The notes beneath the pieces were generated by a model. The model saw only the letters and a list, made by a program, of their open reading frames with translations. It was not told the origin of the DNA and did not search any database. The position numbers and the translations under genes are program-made. Positions 10,467 through 21,714 of a stretch of DNA of 64,000 nucleotides are shown piece by piece (the first letter of the stretch is position 1; every line of letters begins with the position of its first letter). The stretch spans positions 248,001 through 312,000 of the forward strand of contig NIVC01000864.1 in NCBI GenBank assembly GCA_002269645.1, read 5' to 3'. The stretch is from Macrostomum lignano. Taxonomy: Eukaryota.

Positions 10467-13400
10467 ATGCCAAAAGCCAATCCAGCAAAAGATTTAGTCA
10501 ACAAATATTTTTCAAAAGGCGTCTCATTTCAAGACAAAAGTAATTTACTAAGAGAAGCATGCAAGCAAAAGTTTAACACCGACCCTGGTCACCTGGGAAG
10601 CTATCAAAAACAGTTGGAAATCATCAATCAATTAGAATCCAACCAGTATGCGCCTATGAAAAATCCTGCAAAGGAACACCAAGAGAAGAGTCGCAACTTA
10701 GTTAATAAATACGAAACTCTCACTGGTGAAAAAGCAAAGTACCCACAAAATAAGCAGGAACAAAAGAAATTAGAGCAATTAATCCATTTAAAGGAGTCGG
10801 AGCTTGCCATTGAAGAGATTAATTTTGCACAGAGGAAGTTTACAGAACATTACATAGAGTACACAATCCCAATTAAGGATACCACCGCAAACATCTACGA
10901 ATATAAAGACAGCATCCAATCAGTTGTTGATCACACACTCAAAACACGCAAGACCTTTAAACTACAGATATCATTCAAGATTGGTTTTATATGCCTGCAA
11001 AACCCACTGAGCATCTCGAGTATTACATGACAACAAAGGCAAAGCCATTCACCCCTACAGACACACTGGATCCTTTCCTTCAAGAAGTCACTAAGAAAAT
11101 TGAAGCGTTTACATCCAGAGGTTCCGGATGGGTCGTAGGAGGGATTCAAAGAGCGACTGTCATGGTCATGAAATATGACCCACTAAAAGCCTCCTCTTAT
11201 ATAGAGCTCCCGCAAAAGCTATCTGGCAAAAAAGCTTGCATAAATGTTAAAAATAAAGACAATTGCTGTGCCCTATGGGCAGTTCTTTCTGCACTTTTTC
11301 ATGATAGTGTCCCTCACCACCCCGAAAGAACCTCAAATTATCAAAATTATTTCAACTACTATCTCATCGAATGCGAAAAGAAGGGAATCAGGTTTGACAA
11401 AGGAGGCTTGGCGATCTCTCAAATTCCAAAGCTAGAAGAAGTGTTTAATAACAAAATTCGAATCACAGTCTTTGAATGGAATGAAAAAACTGAGAAAGTT
11501 CAACCGGTCAGATGTAGCAAAGACGTTTTAGATCCTGAGGGGAAAAGGCGGACTGAAGTGGATCTTCTAGTGATTGGTAATTTACTAGAGGAGGCTCACT
11601 ATGTTTGGATTAAAGATCTTTCAAGACTCATTCACAAGCAGTTGAATAATCATCACGAGGCTGTTGCCATCTGCCGCTTGTGCCTTAAGCATTACAGTGG
11701 ACCTGAACGCTTTGAAAAACTAACAGAGCATGAATTATCATGTGAGGATCACCCCACCAACTGCTCTCTTCCTTCAGCTGAAGAGAAGTATCTCCGGTTT
11801 AAGAACTATCACAAGATGGAGAAGCTCCCATTTGTTGTATATGCTGATTTCGAATGCTCAATCATGCCAGAGACTCAAAAACAAACTCAAACTCAAAAAC
11901 AAAATCAAGCTCAAAAACAAAATCAAACTAAAAAACATGTCCCCAATTCAGTAGCATATGCCTTTATTACCGTTACAAAAGGACTTGTTGAGTATAATTA
12001 TTTCTTTGGAGAGCAGTGTGTGGAGCAGTTTATTGCCAGAATGTTAGAGTTGCAAAGAGTGATTAGCACCCTTCAACCTGTTCCAATAACTATGTCTGAG
12101 GAGGATGAAAGCAATTTCCTATCAGCAACTCATTGCCACATCTGCAGGAAACAGTTAACTTGCTCTGATATTAAAAACCCCACCGTTAGGGACCATTGCC
12201 ACTATACTGGGAAATTTAGAGGTGCAGCGCATAACACCTGTAATCTAAAGCTAAAATCAAACATTTATGATCTAACGATATTTTGTCACAACGCAAAGAA
12301 CTATGACATGCATTTAATAGTTGAAAAAATCGGCATGATTCCAGACATACACCTTGATTGCATCGCAGAGAACAAAGAGAAGTTTAAGTGTGTTGATATT
12401 AAGTAGGATAATTCAGGTAAAGGTAAAATAAGACTGAAGGATTCATATCAATTTCTAGCTGCCAGTCTAGACGCACTAAGTAAGAATATAAAAGATGAAC
12501 AATGTACATATACAAAGATATTTACAGGTGATAACCAAGAAGCATTTAAACTCCTGAGAACCAAAGGCTTCTACCCCTATGAGAATATTACTGGTTATCA
12601 TGTTTTTGAAGAGGGACTGCCGCCACAGGAGAAGTTCTTTTCAAAGCTAACAAACTCTGGAATCTCTGACAAAGACTATGAGCACGCGAAGCATGTCTAT
12701 AATTACTTTAATTGTCAAAACTTCTTCCAATATCACCTGCTTTACCTCTACACAGATGTGTTTCTGCTGGCTGATGTGTTTGAAACCTTCAGATACACCT
12801 GGTACACAGCATATGGCCTCGATCCAGCACATTATGTGTCTCTGCCCGCCACTAGCTGGGAATCTTTGCTTAAAATGAAATGGGATCAAGACCCAGATTG
12901 GTACATTGAACTTCTTACAGACATTGATATGTACAATTTTGTCGAATCGTCAAAGCGAGGGGGGATCTCAATTTGCACCCATAGATATGCAAAAGCAAAC
13001 AATCCCTACATTGAATCTTACAATAAGGAGCAGCCCTCAAACTACATTACTTACTTGGACGCTAATAATCTCTACGGGTGGGCGATGAGTCAAGATCTTC
13101 CAGTTAGAGATTTTCGATGGCTACCCTTATCAGAACTAAAGTGGGACTTTTCATTGGCTGCCATTTATGAGGTTGATGTTTACATTCCACCAGAGCTTCA
13201 CGACTATTTCTCTGACTTTCCACCCTTCCCAGAGAACATCAAGTGCCCGAAAATAATCGAAACTCCCAATGGAACTTGGCACCTGTCAGGAACAGAAAAA
13301 GAACATACAGAGAAACTAACACAGAATCTAAACAACAAGACACGTTACAAAATTCATTACAAACTGCTTCAGTATTTTATCTCACTTGGTTGCAGGGTCA

Positions 13401-14282
13401 CCAAAGTTCACAGGGCTCTTACATTTACAGAGGAAGCGTGGATGAAACCCTACATTGATAAGAACAACCAGTTTAGGACCAAAGCAACCAACGACTTTGA
13501 CAAGGACCTCTTTAAGTTGGCCAACAACTCTGTCTATGGCAAGACTCTTGAGAATGAGCGGAAAAGAACAAACCTGAAGCTTGTTACCTCATTCAAAGAA
13601 CTCCATATCTTTAATAGCTACTTAGGTGTGATCATATTTTACAAAACCAAAGTGACGCTGCGCAAGCCGATCTATACAGGTGTCACTGTTCTCGACGAAT
13701 CAAAACGTCTGATGTACCAGTTCTTCTATGGCATGAAGCAGCAGTACAAGGATAAAATGAAACTCTTGTACACTGACACGGATAGTTTTATTATGGACAT
13801 TCAAACAGAAGACATTTATCAGGACATGCTGCAGCAAAAAGATTTGTTTGACTTGTCTGAGTATGATGAATCTTGCAGGACACAGAATGGCGATCAAGTG
13901 TTTGACGCCACTAACAAGAAAGTGATTGGGAAAAATGAAGGACGAGATTGCTGGTGACATAATCACTGAATTCATTGGTTTGAGAGCAGAATCCTTTTTT
14001 GTAAAATGTGAGTCGTCAGACCCAATTAAAAAATCAAAGGGAATTCCGAAACACGTGGTTAGGAAGGAACTTAATGAAGCTGAATACAGAGACGCCTTGA
14101 ATTGCAACAAAAAGACATCACATGAGTTCTCAAAGCTACAATCTAAAAACCATATTATTCACACAATTCAGCATAAGAAGATTGGACTGCCAGGTGCAGA
14201 TAACAAGAGATTCATTTTTGATGACAACATTAACAGTCTACCGTTCGGGCACTGGAGATTAGGTTCGGGCACTGGAGTTTAG
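10467..14282 (+). pseudogene. polB: Protein-primed family B DNA polymerase (pPolB) with an endonuclease-VII-like insert
   Basis: ExoI YADFEC, ExoII FCHNAKNYD, ExoIII TDVFLLADVF, PolA YLDANNLYG, PolB KLANNSVYGK, PolC YTDTDS and the RDHCHYTGKFRGAAHNTCN insert. Frameshifts near 11000 and 13930; in-frame TAG at 12404-12406. Confidence 0.95.
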
Positions 14283-14321
14283 ATTTAGGTTTAAGAGAAA
14301 GTTTAATAAACCTCATAAAAA

Positions 14322-14722
14322 ATGACAACAAATAACTTTCTTGAAGATTTGGCTATCGAACTGGAAATCCCAAACTTTAGAGGAATATTTATGAGGGACA
14401 CTCTGCCTGATTTTCCTCTAAGAAAAGAATGCGGCATCATGAACTTTGACACCACCGATAAGCCAGCATCTCATTGGGTTTGCTGGGTGATTGACCCCGA
14501 TCGCAAGCACAAGTGTTATTATTTCGATAGCTATGGGACGGCAGTACCAGAAGAGCTAAGAAATTATATGAAGGGAAAAAGTAATAAAAAAATTACCACT
14601 CAGACTTTATTCTCCAAGGTCTTAGCAGTGATATTTGCGGTGAGCTGTGCATGACTGTTCTGTATGCAATGACCAAAACACGAAAGACCTACAAGGAAAT
14701 TATCCGTACCTGTGTTTCATAA
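14322..14722 (+). pseudogene. Adenain-like cysteine protease (PRO), one frameshift
   Basis: FRGIFMRDTLP, SHWVCW and YYFDSYG, then after a shift in an A-run (~14585) QGLSSDICGELC. The H/D/Q/C catalytic set is present. Confidence 0.92.
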
Positions 14723-14762
14723 GGGTTCATTGTGCTTTTCTTGCCGCATTTCTTGCCGAATT

Positions 14763-15425
14763 TCATTCCGCATAATGTTGAAGAACTTTCTCGAGTTCAT
14801 TTCTCAGCTGACTCATGTCATCAGTACCGACCATGTTCAAGTTCATTCGAATTGATTGTTCATAAAGATCCTGAATGGTTTTGAACTCATCCTCTGAAAT
14901 GAACTTATCCTCGATTGCCCTTGAAATGTACCCTATGATTGATGTGTGCACCCCTTTCTCTTTTACTTGCTTCTCCTGTAGCTGCTTTAGTTTTTTTCGC
15001 CTGTTTCGCGCTAATGCTCCAGTAATTGCTGAAATAAGTCCACATGCAGCACCCACAGAACCGAGCGGGATTGCGATTGGAATTGTAATGGCTGGCAACG
15101 TTGAGACAGCTGCAGCAGACCCAGTTAGAACAGACACAGATCCGAGAGTAATATTACTGTAGTCGAAAAATTTACAGTGAGCATTGTAGCGCTTAATTTT
15201 CTTTGTGTTGTTGAAAATCTTTTTTTCAAGATCATCTCGCATTTTTTGAATCTCCACCAGTCGAAACTGCTGAGAGTTACATGAAATGATGGGGTAGAGT
15301 TTTTGCTGCTCATACTGAGGTGCACTAGGAGCTGTGGGAGCTGTGGGAGCATTCGGTGCCATTGGGTTTGGTGCTGTCGGTGTTTTAGGTTCAGACTGAT
15401 CGTATAGAGTATTTTGTTGGGCCAT
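14763..15425 (-). CDS. Conserved Polinton/adintovirus-type protein with a hydrophobic hairpin and ISxAIEDxxISEDEF tail ('GasderminX'-like)
   Basis: LYP...FRLVEI, a long hydrophobic segment, basic RNRRKKLK and ISRAIEDKFISEDEFKTI. Intact 220 aa. The family name is from memory of adintovirus annotations and was not verified. Confidence 0.6.
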   Translation of the reverse strand: MAQQNTLYDQSEPKTPTAPNPMAPNAPTAPTAPSAPQYEQQKLYPIISCNSQQFRLVEIQKMRDDLEKKIFNNTKKIKRYNAHCKFFDYSNITLGSVSVLTGSAAAVSTLPAITIPIAIPLGSVGAACGLISAITGALARNRRKKLKQLQEKQVKEKGVHTSIIGYISRAIEDKFISEDEFKTIQDLYEQSIRMNLNMVGTDDMSQLRNELEKVLQHYAE

Positions 15426-15457
15426 TTTTTCCCTAGAAAAAATAAAAAATTATAAAA

Positions 15458-16189
15458 CTACCCGCTTGAAATGACCGGACGAGCAGTAGATTCTGCTTCA
15501 TCAATAGCAATATCACGAAGATTGAGTGTTCTCTCCAGACGATCAAGCCTCCTTAGTATTTTACCCCAAGAGCTATACATTCCGTTTAGATAGCTACTGT
15601 GTGATCCATCGTTTCTCTCTAATGCTTCAAGTCTTTCATTTATTCTCACATGCAATCGAGAATAAGTAATCAGCCGTTCAATTCTGTCACCTGTTAACTG
15701 AGTCCGGAACTCTTCTAAATGCCTCACTTCAACTGTGTTGGTTGCGATGTTTTCTTTAATTCTATCATGCAATGCTGTTGACTGGTTCATGAACTCTTCT
15801 AAATTATTCACTTTAGCTGTGTTTGTGAAAACGCCTGCTTCAAGAATACGCATCCGTCTATCAGTGGAACTTCCCAGAAGATTAACTGACGATCTCAAGC
15901 CGTTGATTAGCGAGACTATCGAAGTTATTTCTGACCTTAGTTCATTAGTTGCGCTTAACAACGGCACATAAAGCTTATCACTTTCAAACTTCTGTCTAGC
16001 TACTTTAAGCCTGAGATCTTCCATGTTCATTTGCAACTGGTGCATGGAGCGCTCTAGGGCTTTCAGTCTGTTTTTATTCAGTTTGATCTCTGGGATCTCT
16101 TCATCAGTGTTAATGTAGCGCTTGTCAAGGAAGGAAGTTGTGAGAGTGTTGTTGCCTGTAGTTGACTCACCTGCAAAATTTACTGACAT
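15458..16189 (-). CDS. 243-aa coiled-coil-rich Polinton accessory protein, function unknown
   Basis: Intact ORF with aaaaATG context and heptad-like L/I spacing, lying between two recognisable Polinton genes. Confidence 0.7.
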   Translation of the reverse strand: MSVNFAGESTTGNNTLTTSFLDKRYINTDEEIPEIKLNKNRLKALERSMHQLQMNMEDLRLKVARQKFESDKLYVPLLSATNELRSEITSIVSLINGLRSSVNLLGSSTDRRMRILEAGVFTNTAKVNNLEEFMNQSTALHDRIKENIATNTVEVRHLEEFRTQLTGDRIERLITYSRLHVRINERLEALERNDGSHSSYLNGMYSSWGKILRRLDRLERTLNLRDIAIDEAESTARPVISSG

Positions 16190-16205
16190 TTTTTAAAATG
16201 AAAAA

Positions 16206-16467
16206 TTAAATTAAAATTCTTTTCTCCTTATTAATCATGACAAACTGATAGGGTTGGTTCCACTTTTCATAGCATATGTTAGCAAATTCCTCCTGTGATA
16301 TTGTTCTGTTAGAGTTCTTTGCTGGATATGTAATGTGAGCTGGGGCAATGACCTCATTATAAAACCGTTTCAGTCGATCCTGTGGTATGGTTGGGAAAAG
16401 GAGAATCAAATTACAGTTACCTCTAATTGTTTTATTTGGCAGTTCAAACCAGTTTTGGGCAATGGTT
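16206..16467 (-). pseudogene. C-terminal remnant of the A32/FtsK-like packaging ATPase
   Basis: TIAQNWFELPNKTIRGNCNLILLF...EEFANICYEKWNQPYQFVMIN matches the post-Walker-B part. Walker A and B are absent, replaced by the insert starting at 16468. Confidence 0.8.
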
Positions 16468-17510
16468 GGTTATTCGTAAGTGAGACTTTAGGATAATAGT
16501 CCGGCTCATCCGTCCCAGATCGCCACCTGAGAGGCAGATGCCGCAAAGGGAGGGACGAACGAAGCAAAGATTTCCGTCATGAGCCGGACTATTATCCTAA
16601 AGTTTCACTTACGAATAACCGAATTGTCGAATTTCAGTGGGGCCATAGACAAAAAGGGCATCGAAAGGAGAGAGGGGTTACCGAGGAGAGAGAGACATAA
16701 AGACTGAGGTGGTTTACTGGAGTTTGGGCCATAGACAACGAAGTTGCAAACAGGCTGGGGGTTAAGAGGGTGGAAAGGAAGGAGATGTGGAGAGAAAGAG
16801 AGAATAAAACGTAAATAGCTACATTCGCTTGGCCATGGAGAACCAGACGTCATATCCAATCAACTGGGGCAATCTGCCTGTCGAAAGTTTAGCCAACGTA
16901 TCTAGCAGCGAACTCAATTGGATCTCAAGACTTTCCACATCTCAGAAGGACATGAAGGATAACGAAGACTTTTGAACTTCTTGCACTTTCTTGAGACCTG
17001 GAATCGGCTGGGCATTCGATGAGCGAGATCATGGCTATCACGGGTCAAAAGTCCGAGAGCACGGTCCGGCGCTACCTGGCAGTTAAACGGGACAAGTCCC
17101 TGCAACAATGCAGCGATGCAGTGTCGCGTGCGTTGAACATGGGACAAAGCGCCGCGACCCACGGTCAAGTAACAATGCCTGCTGACATCAGCATCCAAAG
17201 TTCCATCGTGCAAGAAGCAGTGAGCGTGTCTGATGGTCGTCAGATGAACGGTCGGAATATCTTTATTATGAACAACTACACTTTCAACAATTGCAATCTG
17301 TAATGGTCTTCGGCACTATGACAATTGCGCCATATTGATACTGCACAATTAACTTTCCATAGCGCTAATCTTTTGTTGTTGGTGTTTGCTGTTTTGTTCT
17401 AAAAATAAGCGTCCATTATCCCGAGTTTGAAATCATTATCCTGAAGTTTAAGTGAAAAAATAAATAAATGTGCTCATGGTTTAACCATAGACGATTGCAT
17501 TATCCTAAAG
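16468..17510 (+). mobile_element. Non-autonomous Crypton-like tyrosine-recombinase element nested in the Polinton
   Basis: YR C-terminal box LESAGHSMSEIMAITG(Q)KSESTVRRY at ~16995-17075. 42-bp inverted repeat at 16468-16509/16579-16620. The 12-mer ctttaggataat is inverted at 16486-16497 versus 17499-17510. The right boundary is uncertain. Confidence 0.65.
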
Positions 17511-18090
17511 GCTGATTTTTGACAATGTCTATGTCCCTATCGAGAGCAAAGGTAACAAGATCTTTGTAATTTTTGAACTGAATTTTTGACGAGGGGGGTT
17601 GCAGATCTCTAGTCATGTAATTAAGTAAAGTTTTAGTGTGGGGGATTCTTTTAGTTTCTGCGCCTTTATTGATTGAAATATTTTCCGTTGTCAATTCAAT
17701 GTTGTAATCCACCGGTTCTCCGGTAATTTTTTTTCGCCAGGCGCTAATTCCAAAAATATATTTTCCATCATCCGTCACGGGGCCAAAAAAGTTATCCGTC
17801 ACTTTCATCTGCACTGGTTTTCCTGGTTGCTGAGGCTGTGGTTGTCCCGGTGAAGATGGGATTTTACTCAATGTGTTTTGCAACTGGCTCTCTTGAATAT
17901 CATCAATTGCTTCCTTCACAGTGTCGATGTTTTTCTTCGCTTCTGTGTATCCGGGTTTGTGAAATTCGGTGGCTGCTTGGACGAATTCATTGTAAGATTG
18001 TTGTTCTTTGTTGATTAGTCCGGTAACTCGTTTCTCTGCCTGCGCCAGCTTTTCTAGTTCAGAGATATGATATGAACTTTTCCGCTTCAT
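17500..18090 (-). pseudogene. Polinton accessory ORF, probably C-terminally truncated by the Crypton-like insert
   Basis: aaaaATG start and DNFFGPV..DGKYIFG..ISI..TKTLLNYM..P..FKNYK pattern. The stop codon lies within the insert's attatcctaaag motif. Confidence 0.65.
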
Positions 18091-18118
18091 TTTTAAATAT
18101 TTTTTCTTTTGTTGAAAA

Positions 18119-19414
18119 ATGAATGATCCCCTGACACCGGTTTTCTATAAGATTAACAAACCTATTTTGAGTGATGACAGCACTATTAAAGCGACACAAG
18201 TTAGAGTTCAGAGTCACGAGAACCAGAATGAAACTAATCTTGGTCCTGGCCAAACACTGACTTTCACATACAATGGTTGTTCGTCATTGGTCAGTGTCCA
18301 CAGTCTAAGAAGTGGATTCTACATGACTTTCCAATTCAAGACAAAAGGCGGAGACGATGCTGCTCATGCCAATGACGATAAGCACAATGCAAATGTGGCA
18401 TTGATCAGTAACTTCTGGGGGTACATGTTCAAAGAGTTTAGCGTGTCGAATGGAAGCACAGAGTTGGAAAGAATAGCAAACTTTGGTGTGGTCTATGATA
18501 CCCAGTGCTTGATTGAGAACCCGGATTTTATTCAGATGGGGAGCGGTGCTGGATTCATCCCCAATGAGCAGACAGAAGATGAGAATGACCCCGGTTACAA
18601 AAAGAGAAAGGAGAGATACAATTACCCTCTCGTGGCTGCAACTGATGCTGCAAGGAATGCACTGTATAGGTCCGTAGACATTTTTGTGCCGTTAAGATTT
18701 ATGAGCGGTTTCTGTAATAGTTTTAATCGACTGACAAGCAATTTTAGCTACACATTTAGACTGACTAGAGATGATCGGAACAGAGGAATTTTGTCAGGGG
18801 CCGATTATACATCGATGGAGATTAAGCTTACTGGAGTGGAGCTGTACTTAGAAATTATTGAGCCCAAGACTGCACTCAAAGCTGAATACTTGAAGGCGAT
18901 TGAGAAAGACATTGATGTTGCTTATACAGCTTATATGTGCAGAGATGAGCGGAATGACGCAAGACACAATATCTGCATTAAAGAGGGCTCCTGTAGCAAT
19001 CCAAGGTACATTATTGTCACTATGAGGAATACGACTAATGTAGGTAGATATTTTCATGGAAACGTTCGATCTGTCTAGCATGAAATCAGTGATAATTTAT
19101 ACCCTGCATTGCCACAGAATGGAGATTTCCCAGAGAACAAGATTAGTAAATTTTACAATGAACTGTCAGACCTGGCTGTCAAAGAGAATAACGGTATTGT
19201 TTTGACAACCTTGCAGTATAAAAAACTATATCCAATATTTGGTGTTGATGTGACTGCTAGACAAATGCCTACAGACAATAGCCCTGTTAACATTGTGACT
19301 AATATCGAGCGGAAAGAATTTTGTGCCGCAACGGCTGTTGATCTGTTTATTATCTACGCGTTTGAAAGGAAAATCAAGGTCAATATGATCAATAACTCGT
19401 CTAGTAAAGTTTGA
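18119..19414 (+). pseudogene. Major capsid protein (double jelly-roll, hexon-like) with one in-frame stop
   Basis: About 430 codons; SDDST...NLGPGQTLTF, ISNFWGYMF..FSV..G..LE, IFVPL..MSGFC, LELYL..I.P. TAG at 19076-19078, then same-frame continuation to 19414. Lies directly upstream of the minor capsid gene. Confidence 0.82.
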
Positions 19415-19434
19415 ATAATTTTTTTTCAATAAAA

Positions 19435-20301
19435 ATGGAAGCCATAGCCGAAAGACTAAACAACATTGTTTCACACTCTAAGGAGAGCATTCCTATTACA
19501 ATAACCGGGCGAATTAATGACTCAAACGGGATATTTGTTGAAAAATTAGAGCAGACGATTCGCCTGGATCCAGGTGCTAATTACCATGTCTATCTTAACA
19601 ACTTCACTGGTTGGTCAAACGTTCCCAATGTGACGGCAGCAAATAATAAGTTTCATTACAAATGGAAAGGAGCAGCAGCAGATCCTGTGGCATTCCCTGT
19701 GAGCACGCAAAGTGTGGATACCTACAATTACTTTCTAGAAAACGTCTTTACTAAAAGAGGCCATTTTGAGACACCTGATGCGAGTAAGCCAGATAAAAAA
19801 CTGTTCCCTGTCAAACTAACCTATGATCTCACTGTAATGAGAGTGGTCATGCAAGTTCACAAAGATGCGGATGTTGAGTTTAAAGATGACACTTGGTATA
19901 GGGAACTGGGATTCGAGAAGACAGTTTATAAGGCAGAATCCGCGGCGCGGACCGCCACTCAAGCGTCGGGGGCCGTTAGAATGGCCCGGGAAAATGTAAG
20001 CGGTTTGTTCTTAGCACCCAATATTGCAGACATTGTAAAGGGTTTGAATATTCTAATCAGAAGTAATCTTAGTCTTGATTGGGTATTTAAGGGAAAGCGA
20101 ACTAATATTTTATACAACATCTCCAACTCTGTAGCTGGAGGACAGATGCTGGTAGAGAAACCAAATCCCATGAAAAGAGTTGTATTGAGTAATAAGGAGA
20201 TTCACGAGATTGTGCTACAGTTTGAGACTGAAGATGGGGTGGGTGTTGATTTCAACGGTGAAGAGTTTGTATAACTGACGTTGATCATTGAGAGAATGTG
20301 A
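19435..20301 (+). pseudogene. Minor capsid protein (penton-like) with a premature stop near the C-terminus
   Basis: IRLDPGANYHVYLNNFTGWSNVPNVTAANNKFHY pattern and VDFNGEEF. TAA at 20272-20274 is followed in frame by LTLIIERM*, ending inside the right TIR. Confidence 0.82.
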
Positions 20302-20392
20302 GAAAAAAAACTACAACTGTCTAATGATTTCAGCAAAGTTATAGTAGCTGTCGTAAAAAATTTGTCCCAAAAGCCCCCTCATGCCTACTACT
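20276..20392 (-). repeat. Polinton right TIR (short form, lacking ~700 bp present in the left TIR)
   Basis: Direct junction ...tcgt|aaaaaatttgtcccaaaagccccctcatgcctactact joins the inner and outer TIR segments. Confidence 0.9.
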
Positions 20393-21240
20393 ACAGGCAC
20401 TTCTGTTGGCGGTAATTTTGATGCTCATAAGCGTCAGAGTGCAGCAGATATTTGGAAAACTGTCTACTCTTTGAACCGGATTGTGTGTTTGGTCACTTTG
20501 TGGCGTGAAGAATAAATGTTTCTGTACAATTCATATGTCAGCTTGTATTTCAACAATCAGCAGAGCTGCTGCAAGCGTTACACCTACCTTCTTTAGGCGG
20601 GAGTAGACCAGACGGATCTTCGACTGCAGGATTCCATTTGATTTCAAATATTTTGCTCGCGTCATTTACGTTACTTTCATAGATATCCATAACTTTTTCA
20701 GGAATAACACGACGTCTGTCAAAGTTGGTGTCCTCCGCTTGAACAGTCAAAGTGTTGATACGAGTTTGCATTCGGAACGGGTGCGTGATAAACACAGTGA
20801 CAGCGTATTGACCAGCTTTCTGTACTGCATAGAGGGGTATTATGGCGCTGTATGCTTGTTTATCTGTACGAAGAAAATGTGAGTAATACGAGTTTTAAAT
20901 CGTTATTTGAGAGTAGCAGGTTTAATACAGATACTGAATGTTTAGTCTTTACTCACTGCGACGTTGTTGGAATATACAAAATCGAGCCACAATTCTGTGT
21001 CGCCTGATTTGAAAACTGCGTGCATGCGATACTGAATTTTGGGATCTAGTAGCAGATTCACACGGACATCGATTGAAGTCATACTTGACCATTTTCACAT
21101 AGTTTGGTTTCACTTTAATGGTAGAATCTTCAGGAAACCAGAATAGCGAATTTCCGGTTAAAACTAGCTGAGCTTGTGAGGCCGCCTGTCTGCGAATCCG
21201 GCGTGCGAGACCGCAGGTTCGCCAGCGTCCACTTTCCGCT
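20393..21240 (-). pseudogene. CLCA-like copy B, upstream exons (SGKW exon, beta/FnIII exon, first 10 nt of the last exon)
   Basis: Homologous to exons of copies C, D and E. Acceptor ccaacag|aagtgcctgt at 20402. A 5-nt deletion relative to copy D in the SGKW exon shifts the frame. Confidence 0.88.
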
Positions 21241-21355
21241 CTGTTGGAGTGGCGGGTTTGAGGCAAGGCGATTTCTATTGGTTTAAGTCTAAAAGTTTAT
21301 GTAATTATGGGTCTTAGTAATTACCAACTGCCTTAATAATTTATTTCTATTTTTG

Positions 21356-21660
21356 GCTCAGGACTACGAGGTCTGCCTGCAGCTGCACAATTTTCTGCTG
21401 GCCACTCTGCAGCGCCTCGGCTTTGAGATCAACTGGGCCAAGACTCAGAGCCCAGCCACTTCGGTCACTTTCCTGGGTATGCAGATCGACACATTGACTT
21501 GAGAAGATAGACGGCCTTCGAGAACTTCTCCAGGACTGCGCCAAGTCAAAGAGCCTGCAAAAACCGAACTGGTTCTGCAAAGTTGCCAAACCCACAAAGG
21601 CCCTGCTCCGCGCGCTGCTGGAGATAACCATCGCTATTCCTGAGCAGCATCATCGAGACC
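21356..21660 (+). mobile_element. DIRS/Ngaro-type reverse transcriptase fragment
   Basis: LLATLQRLGFEINWAKTQSPATSVTFLGMQIDT, then LQK.NWFCKVAKPTKALLRALL, matching DIRS/Ngaro RT domains 6-7 and the following helix. Confidence 0.75.
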
Positions 21661-21714
21661 AAATTGATCAGGTTATTGATCAGGACCAAGGCCTCATGCT
21701 CTCTTCCTCATGAA

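Larger units (their letters stand above)
5982..20392. mobile_element. Polinton/Maverick (adintovirus-like) element with both ends present, 14,411 bp, decayed
   Basis: Starts AGTAGTAGG and ends CCTACTACT. 6-bp TSD ACAGGC at 5976-5981 and 20393-20398. Carries TIRs plus INT, pPolB, PRO, ATPase remnant, MCP and mCP genes. The empty site tgtagACAGGCac is present in paralogues (26507-26512, 62661-62666). Confidence 0.97.
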
